From: an uncultured virus (IMG/VR IMGVR_UViG_3300027861_004722)
Taxonomy: Duplodnaviria; Heunggongvirae; Uroviricota; Caudoviricetes
Reading direction: 5' to 3' (one strand)
Virus record (IMG/VR): IMGVR_UViG_3300027861_004722
Length of the DNA: 60,088 bases
Below the pieces are notes generated by a model that saw only the letters and a program-made list of their open reading frames with translations, ran no database searches and was not told the DNA's origin. Position numbers and translations under genes: made by a program. Numbering within the stretch: the first letter of the stretch is position 1; each line of letters opens with the position of its first letter. Below are positions 19,588 to 27,960 of this stretch, piece after piece.

Positions 19588-20717
19588 TCCTCGAACCCGC
19601 CGAAGGAGTTAAAGTCCTCCATTTCATCAAGATCAGCATAGTGGGTTTGGTGTGATTCATATGCCCAGCCAGGTATACATAAATCCTTACTAGGATCAAT
19701 TTTTATGTCAGCTTCCTCAATAACTTTGACAAGATTAAGATGTTCTTCTGTTACTATAATAACACCCAAAAGATCCTCTGCTTCCTCGTTCCATCCAACT
19801 ACGGAAAACGTGTGATATATAGTAAGCTGATCAGTCTCAAAGCCAGGATCATAGTCCGCTACAGCATAAAAACTACTATTATACCAGCTAGGTATATTTA
19901 GGCATATATTTATTACCTCATAACTGTCAGACGTGACTCCTTGCCACCCCCAGCTGCCACTATAAGCTTCTAGCAGGCTATCTCTGAGCATCTTGCGCAG
20001 AGGTGTTCCCTTAACTAGTATATTTAGACTAGGAGCAACGGGGTGCGATAGAATAAAATTCATAGTTCCTATAGAGTATTGAGCATCTACTACTTGTTTC
20101 AGTTGGTTGGATATATCTCTTGGAAGAGGGTCATGTATATCGCTGCCAGGATACTCCCAAATAGGATCATCAGCATTCTCGAAAAACCCAAGTAAACTAT
20201 TTGGGTATGGGTAATTTTCCATCTTACCTATAAGGGATAGCATCTCAGGGCTCCCTGTAGCCATGCGCTGCAGCCCCTCAGCAGCACCTGGATGCCCTAA
20301 ATTATTAATAGAATCAACAATATGGGCTACTTCCGCTCTAGTAGTTTTTGGTTCAAAATAGATAAAGAAGAACTCCTCACCAAAAATATCTATGTCTGTT
20401 GCTCTAGATGGTGGGTAAGCAAGTCCTGCATCCCCAAATATTTCCTTCATTAAAGGGTGCATAACATCGGGGTTGCCAAAATCTTCCTCTTCCAGCCCCC
20501 AAGGACCCCATATATTTTCAGAGCCTGTGGATAAAAGAGTAATACATAGGTAGGGAGTTTCAAAAGGAACTGAACGGTGGGATACCACTGGCAGAGATTC
20601 CAGCAAATCTATAGGATATCCGACCCTAGCAGACCCGTGAAGAAACCTATCTAAATTTTCTTCTGTGGGGCTAGCTCTATACTCCCTCTCCAATTGTCTG
20701 ATTCTTTGGTCTGCCAC
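19584..20717 (-). CDS. acidic hypothetical protein with N-terminal DxRIRxLER motif
   Basis: 377 aa ORF; AAGGGG SD before GTG. Confidence 0.7.
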   Translation of the reverse strand: MADQRIRQLEREYRASPTEENLDRFLHGSARVGYPIDLLESLPVVSHRSVPFETPYLCITLLSTGSENIWGPWGLEEEDFGNPDVMHPLMKEIFGDAGLAYPPSRATDIDIFGEEFFFIYFEPKTTRAEVAHIVDSINNLGHPGAAEGLQRMATGSPEMLSLIGKMENYPYPNSLLGFFENADDPIWEYPGSDIHDPLPRDISNQLKQVVDAQYSIGTMNFILSHPVAPSLNILVKGTPLRKMLRDSLLEAYSGSWGWQGVTSDSYEVINICLNIPSWYNSSFYAVADYDPGFETDQLTIYHTFSVVGWNEEAEDLLGVIIVTEEHLNLVKVIEEADIKIDPSKDLCIPGWAYESHQTHYADLDEMEDFNSFGGFED

Positions 20718-20804
20718 AGAAACCCCTTAAGATATTATCGCAAATAGCTTTAAAATTCTTGTTTTATTTATCGCAATTTATTACTATTAATGCAGGAGAT
20801 TAAT

Positions 20805-21272
20805 ATGTTAGGTCAGTATATGAGCAGTATAGGTTTTGGGGTTTACCAGAATGAATTAAACGGGCTAGGAGACTTAGGCGCACTTCCATCACTTGTAGCT
20901 AATTTCCTGTTTACCCCCGAAGAGATAAAAGAAGGCGAGTATAAAGGAGCAAAGCTCTCTAAAGGTTTCCGTATAGAAAAGCGCGGAGAAAATCACTTTA
21001 TAGTCCCTAAGGGCGGGTCTGAGCTTACCGCTATAGTGGGAAGCGCCTCAGATAATCCTCTTCTTAGCGTTGCTTTGACCGCACTCGGCAGCGTAGCAGG
21101 CAAGTTGACCGGCGTCGAAGTTATGATTCCGGACATCAAGAAGCCTTTTACTGCACAAACAGAAGTCGGCGGAACCCTTGTTTACGAGCCTAAAGGGATG
21201 AACATGCTTCTAATCGCTGGTGCAGCAGGCGTTGGCCTTCTAGTTCTGCTTGTTCTTATGAGGAAAAAATAA
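20805..21272 (+). CDS. LG-motif membrane protein
   Basis: MLGQ..ELNGLGDLG; C-terminal TM followed by RKK; CAGGAG SD. Confidence 0.75.
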   Translation: MLGQYMSSIGFGVYQNELNGLGDLGALPSLVANFLFTPEEIKEGEYKGAKLSKGFRIEKRGENHFIVPKGGSELTAIVGSASDNPLLSVALTALGSVAGKLTGVEVMIPDIKKPFTAQTEVGGTLVYEPKGMNMLLIAGAAGVGLLVLLVLMRKK

Positions 21273-22046
21273 CTAAATCAAGGTTCTAAGGAAAGCCTTA
21301 GTCACCTTTAGACTCTTGTGACCGCAAAATTTCTGAACAGCCTCCTCAGAATTTGTCTGCTCATATATCTGCTTAGCTCTGAGTCTTTTCATCGCTTGAA
21401 AATCTAGAAATTTATCCGGGTAACCGGCTCGCTTAACATATTTAGCAAGCACTTTTCTACAGGAAGACAGAGAAAGTGGCTTAGCATTAACACATTTATC
21501 AAGATTAAAGAACAAGTAGCCAAGCTGTAAGCTGTTTACATTTGTTTTTTTAGATAGTTTCTGGGCATAGGTATCCTTCAAAGGCTGCAATCTAGATGGA
21601 AGATCCACATTAAAGGGCGTCCGCAAAATCTTTATAGGATCACCCAAGCTAAATATTAAACGTATTAGCATGTAATCTCTAACTCCAACAAGAGTGCTAA
21701 GGTCTACTTTAGCTAGTATTTTTTTAAAATCCACAAAACTTATATTTTTAGCGCTGCTATACTTCTCCACAGGATTATTTTTTATTGAAAGAGATGGATC
21801 AGTATCGGTCCACCCCTGCGTCCAAGAATAATCACAAAAACTACGGATAGCTGCCAGCCTGGCAGCAATTGTTTGCGGGGCTTTACCCACAAGAGTACCT
21901 TTGTAAGAAAGAATACTTTCGCTGGTAATGTCCCCTAAGCTTAATATATCTTCTAGAAAGTCGTCGAGGACAATTTTATAGTTAGTTCTTGTTGTGCTGT
22001 TGGTTAGACTATTTAAGTAATGAGATAGTGCTGAATTGATGTTCAT
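21273..22046 (-). CDS. XerC/D-like tyrosine recombinase homolog, catalytic residues degenerate
   Basis: SAM-like N-domain (TRTNY, TIAARLAAIRSF, DP), RDYML, CGHKSLKVTKAF. Confidence 0.8.
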   Translation of the reverse strand: MNINSALSHYLNSLTNSTTRTNYKIVLDDFLEDILSLGDITSESILSYKGTLVGKAPQTIAARLAAIRSFCDYSWTQGWTDTDPSLSIKNNPVEKYSSAKNISFVDFKKILAKVDLSTLVGVRDYMLIRLIFSLGDPIKILRTPFNVDLPSRLQPLKDTYAQKLSKKTNVNSLQLGYLFFNLDKCVNAKPLSLSSCRKVLAKYVKRAGYPDKFLDFQAMKRLRAKQIYEQTNSEEAVQKFCGHKSLKVTKAFLRTLI

Positions 22047-22074
22047 TTCTGCTATAATAACAGAAGGAGCTGAG

Positions 22075-22809
22075 ATGTCAAAAAACTATAGACGAAATCC
22101 GAAACCCTCTTCTAAGCAAATGGAAGATATGTTTTATGAAATCATTGCTTACGCAAAAGAAGAAGGATGCCCAGTAACTGTTTACAAAGATAAAACCAAG
22201 GTCAGCGGCTCAAATGGCTACTTTAGCTCAGAACCAAAACCTCATATTAAGGTAGCCCTAAAAGGCAGGTCTTGGCCAAAATCTATACAACTAATTATTC
22301 ATGAATTCTGCCATTACTGGCAGTGGCGGGATAAATTTCTTGGGCATAAAGATGATGCCGGGAACATTGCTTACGCAAGGTTACTTGAAGGTGAGGATCT
22401 CGACCCCAAGCAGAGAAAGAAAGCAAGTACCTTGGTAAGAATTTCTGAGTATGATTGCGAGATTAGAACTGATTACTTGTTCGAAAAATGGAATTTACAG
22501 GCTATTTTTCCAAAGCACAAACACATCAAATCTTCTAACACCTACAATAGGCACATAGTCTGGTCTATCGGAGATGATACCTACCCAGGGAGCGGGGTTT
22601 TTTATCCCGAATATGATAAGCTAGAAACCAAGCTCTGGGGCAGCCAAGTTTTCAACTACTTTTGGGATCCGGAAACATCAGCAGGAAAAGCAAGACTCTT
22701 ATCCCCAATTTCCGATAAACATAGAGCAATCTTCGATAAAGCAGCGGGAATTACTAGGGATGAGACGGGTATGCCTATTAAAAAATCTAAGAAAAGAAGA
22801 AGAAAATAG
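22075..22809 (+). CDS. zincin-like metallopeptidase
   Basis: IIHEFCHYWQ plus downstream EYDCE; GAAGGAG SD; N-terminal RRNP. Confidence 0.7.
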   Translation: MSKNYRRNPKPSSKQMEDMFYEIIAYAKEEGCPVTVYKDKTKVSGSNGYFSSEPKPHIKVALKGRSWPKSIQLIIHEFCHYWQWRDKFLGHKDDAGNIAYARLLEGEDLDPKQRKKASTLVRISEYDCEIRTDYLFEKWNLQAIFPKHKHIKSSNTYNRHIVWSIGDDTYPGSGVFYPEYDKLETKLWGSQVFNYFWDPETSAGKARLLSPISDKHRAIFDKAAGITRDETGMPIKKSKKRRRK

Positions 22810-22854
22810 GCGTCTAACCTTTGCATTATCGCAAGAATATATTATTTATTATAT

Positions 22855-23067
22855 ATGGGAAGAACAAAACTTACTAATCCAGAAAAAATAGCCTTACTTG
22901 TGGTTATTAGAAAAGAACTTAAACTACTCTTCGAAGAGATTGAGACTACACTACCTGACTATAAAGAAAAATCTAAATCAGTAATAGATACCCTCTCACA
23001 TATTCTAGAGGTAGGGCTAGAAACTGATCCAGAGGACGATGATATTTATAAAATCTTTGATAATTAG
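22855..23067 (+). CDS. hypothetical protein
   Basis: 70 aa ORF filling gap. Confidence 0.55.
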   Translation: MGRTKLTNPEKIALLVVIRKELKLLFEEIETTLPDYKEKSKSVIDTLSHILEVGLETDPEDDDIYKIFDN

Positions 23068-23112
23068 CTCCAGAAGACTTGTTTTTCAAAAGCTTTCAGG
23101 TAATATATGTAT

Positions 23113-23592
23113 ATGACTATATGGATTTTACTTGGCATCGCCTCTATTATGTACTTAGAGGGACTTTTATTAGCCACAGCTGTTGGAAAGCTCATAAAGC
23201 CTTCAAAATGGGTTTGGCCTATCTTACTCTTACTGTGGCCAGTAGCCCTGCCTATGCTAGGATATAAAACATTGATGAAATATCGGCCCCTACTTATGGA
23301 GATACAGCAAAACCCGTTTTTGAAATCTATGATGGGCGGTATGGGATCTACGGAATCCACGCCCCAAGATACAAACCCCTTTGCTGCGCTTATGGGCCAA
23401 ATGCCGAGCCCACAAGCAGAAATGCAAAACCCCTTTGCTGCCCTTCTCGGGCAAGGACCTCAAAGTCCTGTAGCTGCAATTTTAGGCAGCACCCCACAAA
23501 CACAACCCCAGAAAACTGAGGAATTAGAACTAACAGAAGTTTCTGAGAATAAAGAGGCTTCTGATGAAAATCAAGGAGATAGACTACAATAA
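23113..23592 (+). CDS. two-TM membrane protein with NPF repeats
   Basis: Two hydrophobic segments; NPFLKSMMG, NPFAALMG, NPFAALLG; start 23107 or 23113. Confidence 0.7.
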   Translation: MTIWILLGIASIMYLEGLLLATAVGKLIKPSKWVWPILLLLWPVALPMLGYKTLMKYRPLLMEIQQNPFLKSMMGGMGSTESTPQDTNPFAALMGQMPSPQAEMQNPFAALLGQGPQSPVAAILGSTPQTQPQKTEELELTEVSENKEASDENQGDRLQ

Positions 23593-23597
23593 TACCT

Positions 23598-24140
23598 ATG
23601 GCTAAGACAGGCAATTTTAAAGGAAAACAAAAACCCAAAAGAATCCGCACAAACGAGCAGATCCGAGCTAGAGATGTCCGAGTAATCGGACCAGATGGCG
23701 AACAAATAGGTATTCTACATATACGGGAAGCCCAGACCAAAGCGCAAGAGTATGGTCTAGATTTGATTGAGATAGCACCCCAATCACAACCCCCAGTATG
23801 CCGTATAGGTGATTTTGGGAAGATGCGCTACGATCAGACCAAAAAAGAGAAGCAGCTTAAGAAGAAAAGCAGCCAGCAAATAACTAAGACAGTTAAGATG
23901 AAGCCTAATATAGGTGAAAGTGACTTGCTCCGTAAAATCGCAGATATGGAGAAATTCTTAAATAAGGGCAGCAGGGTTCTCGTACAGATCAAATTCAAAG
24001 GCAGGGAAAAGAAATTCGTCCAGCTAACCCAGGACGCCCTAATAGGTCGAATAAAGGATGCCTTACCAGATGTTGTAATGGAGAAACCATCTTTCCAAGG
24101 ACATCAAATCACAGCTGCCTTTACTAAAAAACAGACGTAG
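23598..24140 (+). CDS. infC: translation initiation factor IF-3
   Basis: NEQIRARDVRVI, LDLIEIAP, PPVCRIGDFGK, KFKGRE. Confidence 0.95.
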   Translation: MAKTGNFKGKQKPKRIRTNEQIRARDVRVIGPDGEQIGILHIREAQTKAQEYGLDLIEIAPQSQPPVCRIGDFGKMRYDQTKKEKQLKKKSSQQITKTVKMKPNIGESDLLRKIADMEKFLNKGSRVLVQIKFKGREKKFVQLTQDALIGRIKDALPDVVMEKPSFQGHQITAAFTKKQT

Positions 24141-24154
24141 ACAAGTAGACATGA

Positions 24155-24178
24155 AAAAAGCCCCTTTCGGGGCTTTTT
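24155..24178. terminator. bidirectional intrinsic terminator
   Basis: AAAAAGCCCC-TTTC-GGGGCTTTTT between convergent genes. Confidence 0.85.
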
Positions 24179-24180
24179 CC

Positions 24181-24765
24181 TTAGGTCCAGGTCTTCTTAA
24201 GAAGTGGAGACCAGCTATCTGGCCTCAAGTCTGCTTTAATGTGGAACACGGGGTTCCATCTAGGCTTCTTGGGCTGAGCAAGAAGCTTTAGCCCTGCCTC
24301 TGCTGGGGTCTTAGCAGCTTTTTTGTTATTACACTTGAAGCACGACGCAACACAGTTCTCCCAGGAAGTAGGTCCGCGTCTGGACCTGGGCAGCACATGA
24401 TCAATCGATAGATCCTCTCCCCTGAACTTTTTGTAACAATACTGACAAGTAAAGCTATCTCTGCGATAAAGTGCTCTAGTGGAAAACTTTATGCTAGTCT
24501 TAGCAACGTCATTATAGTTAGTTAGTATAACAACCTGCGGGGCAGGTATACTGAGAGACGGAGTCTTGATATAGAAATCTACCTTAGGCAGATTAGCCTC
24601 GGCAGAAACCCAGTCCTCCCAAGAATACATAACAAAACTTTCTGTACATACACCTCTAGCACTATCGCGACTCATTAAAACCACAGCGTCTTTTACCGTG
24701 GTAGTCCCAATAACCACCCAAGATCTATTAAGAACTAATACGTGATGATTTAGCGTTTCTTTCAT
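24181..24765 (-). CDS. HNH endonuclease (McrA-like, VLVLN family)
   Basis: VLVLN, RDSFTCQYC, SIDHVLPRSR, WENCVASCFKCNNKK. Confidence 0.92.
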   Translation of the reverse strand: MKETLNHHVLVLNRSWVVIGTTTVKDAVVLMSRDSARGVCTESFVMYSWEDWVSAEANLPKVDFYIKTPSLSIPAPQVVILTNYNDVAKTSIKFSTRALYRRDSFTCQYCYKKFRGEDLSIDHVLPRSRRGPTSWENCVASCFKCNNKKAAKTPAEAGLKLLAQPKKPRWNPVFHIKADLRPDSWSPLLKKTWT

Positions 24766-24767
24766 GA

Positions 24768-24920
24768 TTAATTACACCTGTTAAGTAGGACCGTGGCTAC
24801 GGCGAGAACTGTCACGATAACCATAATCTTTTTGTTTGTCCGCATTTCTGACTCAAGAAGACAGAGGCGGCTTTGGCTTTTAGCTAATTTATCTAGGATT
24901 TTTTGGTCGCGCCCGTGCAT
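24768..24920 (-). CDS. 50-aa coiled-coil + C-terminal TM protein (XhlA-like layout), absent from ORF track
   Basis: MHGRDQKILDKLAKSQSRLCLLESEMRTNKKIMVIVTVLAVATVLLNRCN; TGnTAAAAT 6 nt upstream. Confidence 0.6.
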   Translation of the reverse strand: MHGRDQKILDKLAKSQSRLCLLESEMRTNKKIMVIVTVLAVATVLLNRCN

Positions 24921-24955
24921 ATTGCTATTTTACCAAAATTAGATAATATATAAAC

Positions 24956-25297
24956 ATGATCAATTTAACCACAGAAGCAGCGGAAAAGTTTTTAACTCTC
25001 TTTACTGAAAAAGGCCTAGCTTCGAATTCAGCTATTAGATTCTCCATCAAAGGGGGCGGCTGTTCTGGGTTTACCCTTGAAGTGAACATAGAACCTCCGA
25101 AGAGATATGATATGGCGCGAAGATCTGACAGCAAATTCATTTCGAATAATATTCGTGTTTTAGTGGATAAAAAATCATTACTATTTCTTGACGGAATGAC
25201 TGTTAGATATGAAGAACAGCCCTTTGGGCACAAATTTGTCTACGATAATCCAAACTCAACAGGAGTTTGTGGCTGCGGAGAAAGTTTCAGTGTTTAA
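24956..25297 (+). CDS. A-type Fe-S carrier (HesB/IscA/SufA family)
   Basis: GGGCSG, VLVDKKS, NPN...CGCGESF. Confidence 0.93.
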   Translation: MINLTTEAAEKFLTLFTEKGLASNSAIRFSIKGGGCSGFTLEVNIEPPKRYDMARRSDSKFISNNIRVLVDKKSLLFLDGMTVRYEEQPFGHKFVYDNPNSTGVCGCGESFSV

Positions 25298-26481
25298 CTA
25301 TCTGGCTGCTGTTTAGAAAGATCAGGCCAAGTAGTTTTATCTATCATTATTTTAGGATTAAGAAACGCTATATGCGCCCCAGGACCATCCTGAGTTTCAA
25401 TATTCAAAAAGCCATTAAGTGGAACTACAATCTCCTCATTTAACCGGAAGCGCTGCCCATTAACCATGACAGGAGCTACATTCTTCGGTATTCCTGTATC
25501 CATACAAACTAGGGTCGCATGAAATTCAGAACACCTAGGAGGCATCTTCCACCTAACCCTTGACCCCCCATGCATATACATGGCGTTATTGGCATAGTTA
25601 CCATCCACTGAAGATGGTATTTTTTGTAAATGTCCAGCAAAACTATAGTGGTCAAATTCTAGAAGGCCAAAGCTTATGAATTTCTCTATAGGAGTAAATT
25701 GCTTGATATGCAGGCTATCAGGAAGTTGTGATAAGCTATACTCAACGCAAGAACATAACCCACCAGCCCGAGTCCGCATACCCATTAAATGAACCGCATT
25801 TTGTCGTTTGAAGAAAGGCCATAGCTGCGGATGGCCCTCCGCTCCATTAATTACACATTTTATGCCATTAGCATAATCCAGTATCCCATGAAACGCTGCT
25901 ACCATAGCGCCCTGATCTTCCATCATCATAAACGTGTTAGATAGGTGCTTATTAACAGTTTCCTCAACTCGATGCCAGTCTTCTTTATCGAAGGAGATGA
26001 CTCCAGTATTGCCATTTGGGGTTGATTCGTCTTCGGTGACACCAAAGAGGGCTTTATACTCTTCCCTGTTGGGACCAATGCTGCTACCCCAGTCCCTAAG
26101 AACCACAGCTCTTTCAGTTAATATCTTCCTAAGATCTGACTCCCAATTGCGAAAGAAAAATATGTCACAGTCAAATAAGACAGCCCTATCTGCTCCATGG
26201 TTCTCAAAGCATCTTTGTAGGCATTGTAATTTTCCTAGCAAAGGAGCTTTAGGAACTTGCTTCCCATCCGACCCAATGTGAAGAACTATAGGATGCTCTT
26301 CTACTAGCACATTAGGCAGAGATTCTAGTTCTTGCCGGTCTTCATCGGTAAGTGACCCATCACTGAGAATGATGTGTGGGATATCAAAGCCACAATCTAG
26401 ATGAATCCTCTGACAAAACCAGTTAAATTTGAAAATCTTAACATCTCTGTGGCACAGTAGACTGGTAAATACATATTTCAT
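25294..26481 (-). CDS. GT-A glycosyltransferase (GT8-like) with C-terminal NPCBM-like domain
   Basis: FDCD (DxD), NTGVI, EDQG, VHLMG; C-terminal MYMHGGSRVRW..SEFHATL. Confidence 0.7.
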   Translation of the reverse strand: MKYVFTSLLCHRDVKIFKFNWFCQRIHLDCGFDIPHIILSDGSLTDEDRQELESLPNVLVEEHPIVLHIGSDGKQVPKAPLLGKLQCLQRCFENHGADRAVLFDCDIFFFRNWESDLRKILTERAVVLRDWGSSIGPNREEYKALFGVTEDESTPNGNTGVISFDKEDWHRVEETVNKHLSNTFMMMEDQGAMVAAFHGILDYANGIKCVINGAEGHPQLWPFFKRQNAVHLMGMRTRAGGLCSCVEYSLSQLPDSLHIKQFTPIEKFISFGLLEFDHYSFAGHLQKIPSSVDGNYANNAMYMHGGSRVRWKMPPRCSEFHATLVCMDTGIPKNVAPVMVNGQRFRLNEEIVVPLNGFLNIETQDGPGAHIAFLNPKIMIDKTTWPDLSKQQPDS

Positions 26482-26548
26482 AGTGTATTCTACCTCGTCC
26501 TATATAGATGTCTAGTAAAGTAGACTAGATATTTCTTAATTCTAACTA

Positions 26549-26576
26549 TTGACATATATAAAATTTCTGCTATACT
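26549..26576 (+). promoter_or_regulatory. tmRNA promoter
   Basis: TTGACA-16-TATACT with extended TG. Confidence 0.75.
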
Positions 26577-26631
26577 CAGATCTATCACTTAGGGAGAACC
26601 AATCAAACTAAGCGACGTTCTTTAACAATAC

Positions 26632-27054
26632 GGGGTTGATTTAGACTCGACTGGCTGTGAAAGCTAGGATCGCGTGTCGTGGTGCCGTAGGCCACGTAAA
26701 TAAACGGCAAAAACTTTAATTGTCAACGATCTACTCGTAGGCGTCCCAAGCGGTCTCTCCATGGAAGATGCTCAGGCTCTTTCCGTTGAGACCCTTGCTG
26801 TTGCTTAATCCCTAGGGATTAAGACTCCAGATGCTCATGAAATCTCTCTCCCCTGAGAGGAAGTGAGTATAGGATATAAAAATAGGGGATAGGATAGCTA
26901 TGGAGCCTTGCCATAGTGATCCGAAATAAACATAGGATATAACAAACAATGCTTGTCAGTAAGCTGTGTTTGCCGAACAATAATGAACTGACTACACACG
27001 TAGACGTTTTACCGGAAGCAGATCAACACTTGGGTGCAAATCCCAACAGCTCCA
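26632..27054 (+). ncRNA. ssrA: tmRNA
   Basis: 5' GGGGTTGAT..GACTCGAC; 3' T-arm TTGGG-TGCAAAT-CCCAA then CAGCTCCA (G3-U Ala determinant); pk1 CGTGG/CCACG + TGCCGT/ACGGCA; tag ORF 26722-26808; CCA not encoded. Confidence 0.93.
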
Positions 27055-27062
27055 ACCCACTT

Positions 27063-27093
27063 AAGCCATCTCTTCGGAGATGGCTTTTTCTTT
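27063..27093 (+). terminator. intrinsic terminator of tmRNA
   Basis: AAGCCATCTC-TTCG-GAGATGGCTT followed by T-run. Confidence 0.88.
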
Positions 27094-27138
27094 GTACAAA
27101 ATAAAATCTATCACTTGATAGATTTGCTACCATACAGT

Positions 27139-27960
27139 ATGAAGAAATTACTCATTATCCTAGTCTTATGCTTACCAACTTTCGCCTTTGGCAAAGGACT
27201 AGAGAAGAAAAAGGCACTGGAACTTATCGACTCTACTGTAATGATACACTCCGGTGGGTCACAAGGTACGGGGGTAACCTTGTTTAGCCATGTATCAAAA
27301 GATAAAAGAGTAAAAAAAACGTATATTATTACTAACAAGCACGTTGCGGGAACAGTAGGCGCGTCATGTAAAATAACAAAATACGTCTTACTAAAGCAGC
27401 GCAATACTGTAGGAAAAAAGGAATACGATGCTAAAGTTGTCTTTGTATCAAAAAAACATGACATATCTCTGCTAGAAGTAGACACCCCGGTTTCAGAACA
27501 GTTCAGAACAGTGGAATTCTCTACTGAAAAAGACTGGGACAAAACCACTCTTTATTCTAAGATATATTTGGTATCTTGCGGACTAGGGACCATACCCACA
27601 GTTACCACAGGAAATCTCTCCTACGTCAATAAAGACGAAACAAAGATGGGATTCACCGCACACATAATTTACGGAAGCAGTGGCGGTGGCCTCTATAATA
27701 AAAAAGGACAGCTAGTCGGCCTATGCAATGCTATTCGCCTAACAAGAGGGCACCCCATAACCCATAAAGCACTGGGTATACCACTACCCACAATACTATC
27801 AGAACTTAAAAAATCAAAATTCAAGTTTATTGTAGAACAAGAACCAGAACCAGAAGAGGACAATCCTTGGGATGAAGAAGAGGAAGAGGAGGATTGGAAT
27901 GACTGGGAGGATAATGGCCGGGAAGATCCAAAACCTAAAATGAAGAAACGTTATTTTTAG
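27139..27960 (+). CDS. exported trypsin-like serine protease
   Basis: Signal peptide MKKLLIILVLCLPTFAFG; triad TNKHV / HDISLL / GSSGGG; acidic tail. Confidence 0.88.
   Translation: MKKLLIILVLCLPTFAFGKGLEKKKALELIDSTVMIHSGGSQGTGVTLFSHVSKDKRVKKTYIITNKHVAGTVGASCKITKYVLLKQRNTVGKKEYDAKVVFVSKKHDISLLEVDTPVSEQFRTVEFSTEKDWDKTTLYSKIYLVSCGLGTIPTVTTGNLSYVNKDETKMGFTAHIIYGSSGGGLYNKKGQLVGLCNAIRLTRGHPITHKALGIPLPTILSELKKSKFKFIVEQEPEPEEDNPWDEEEEEEDWNDWEDNGREDPKPKMKKRYF

Noticed and set aside
21273..22046. Active integrase marking a prophage or island boundary
   Set aside because: Catalytic Arg/His/Tyr positions are degenerate; no att-like repeat or change in gene character on either side.
24181..24765. HNH as homing endonuclease/intron
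   Set aside because: Free-standing between intact genes with a terminator; no interrupted gene or intron structure visible.
27030..27054. Stand-alone tRNA
   Set aside because: T-arm and acceptor pair with 26632-26638, 400 nt upstream; this is the tmRNA 3' end. No other tRNA seen.
27034..27138. N-terminal extension of the protease ORF in the track
   Set aside because: Overlaps the tmRNA and its terminator; the signal peptide starts at ATG 27139.
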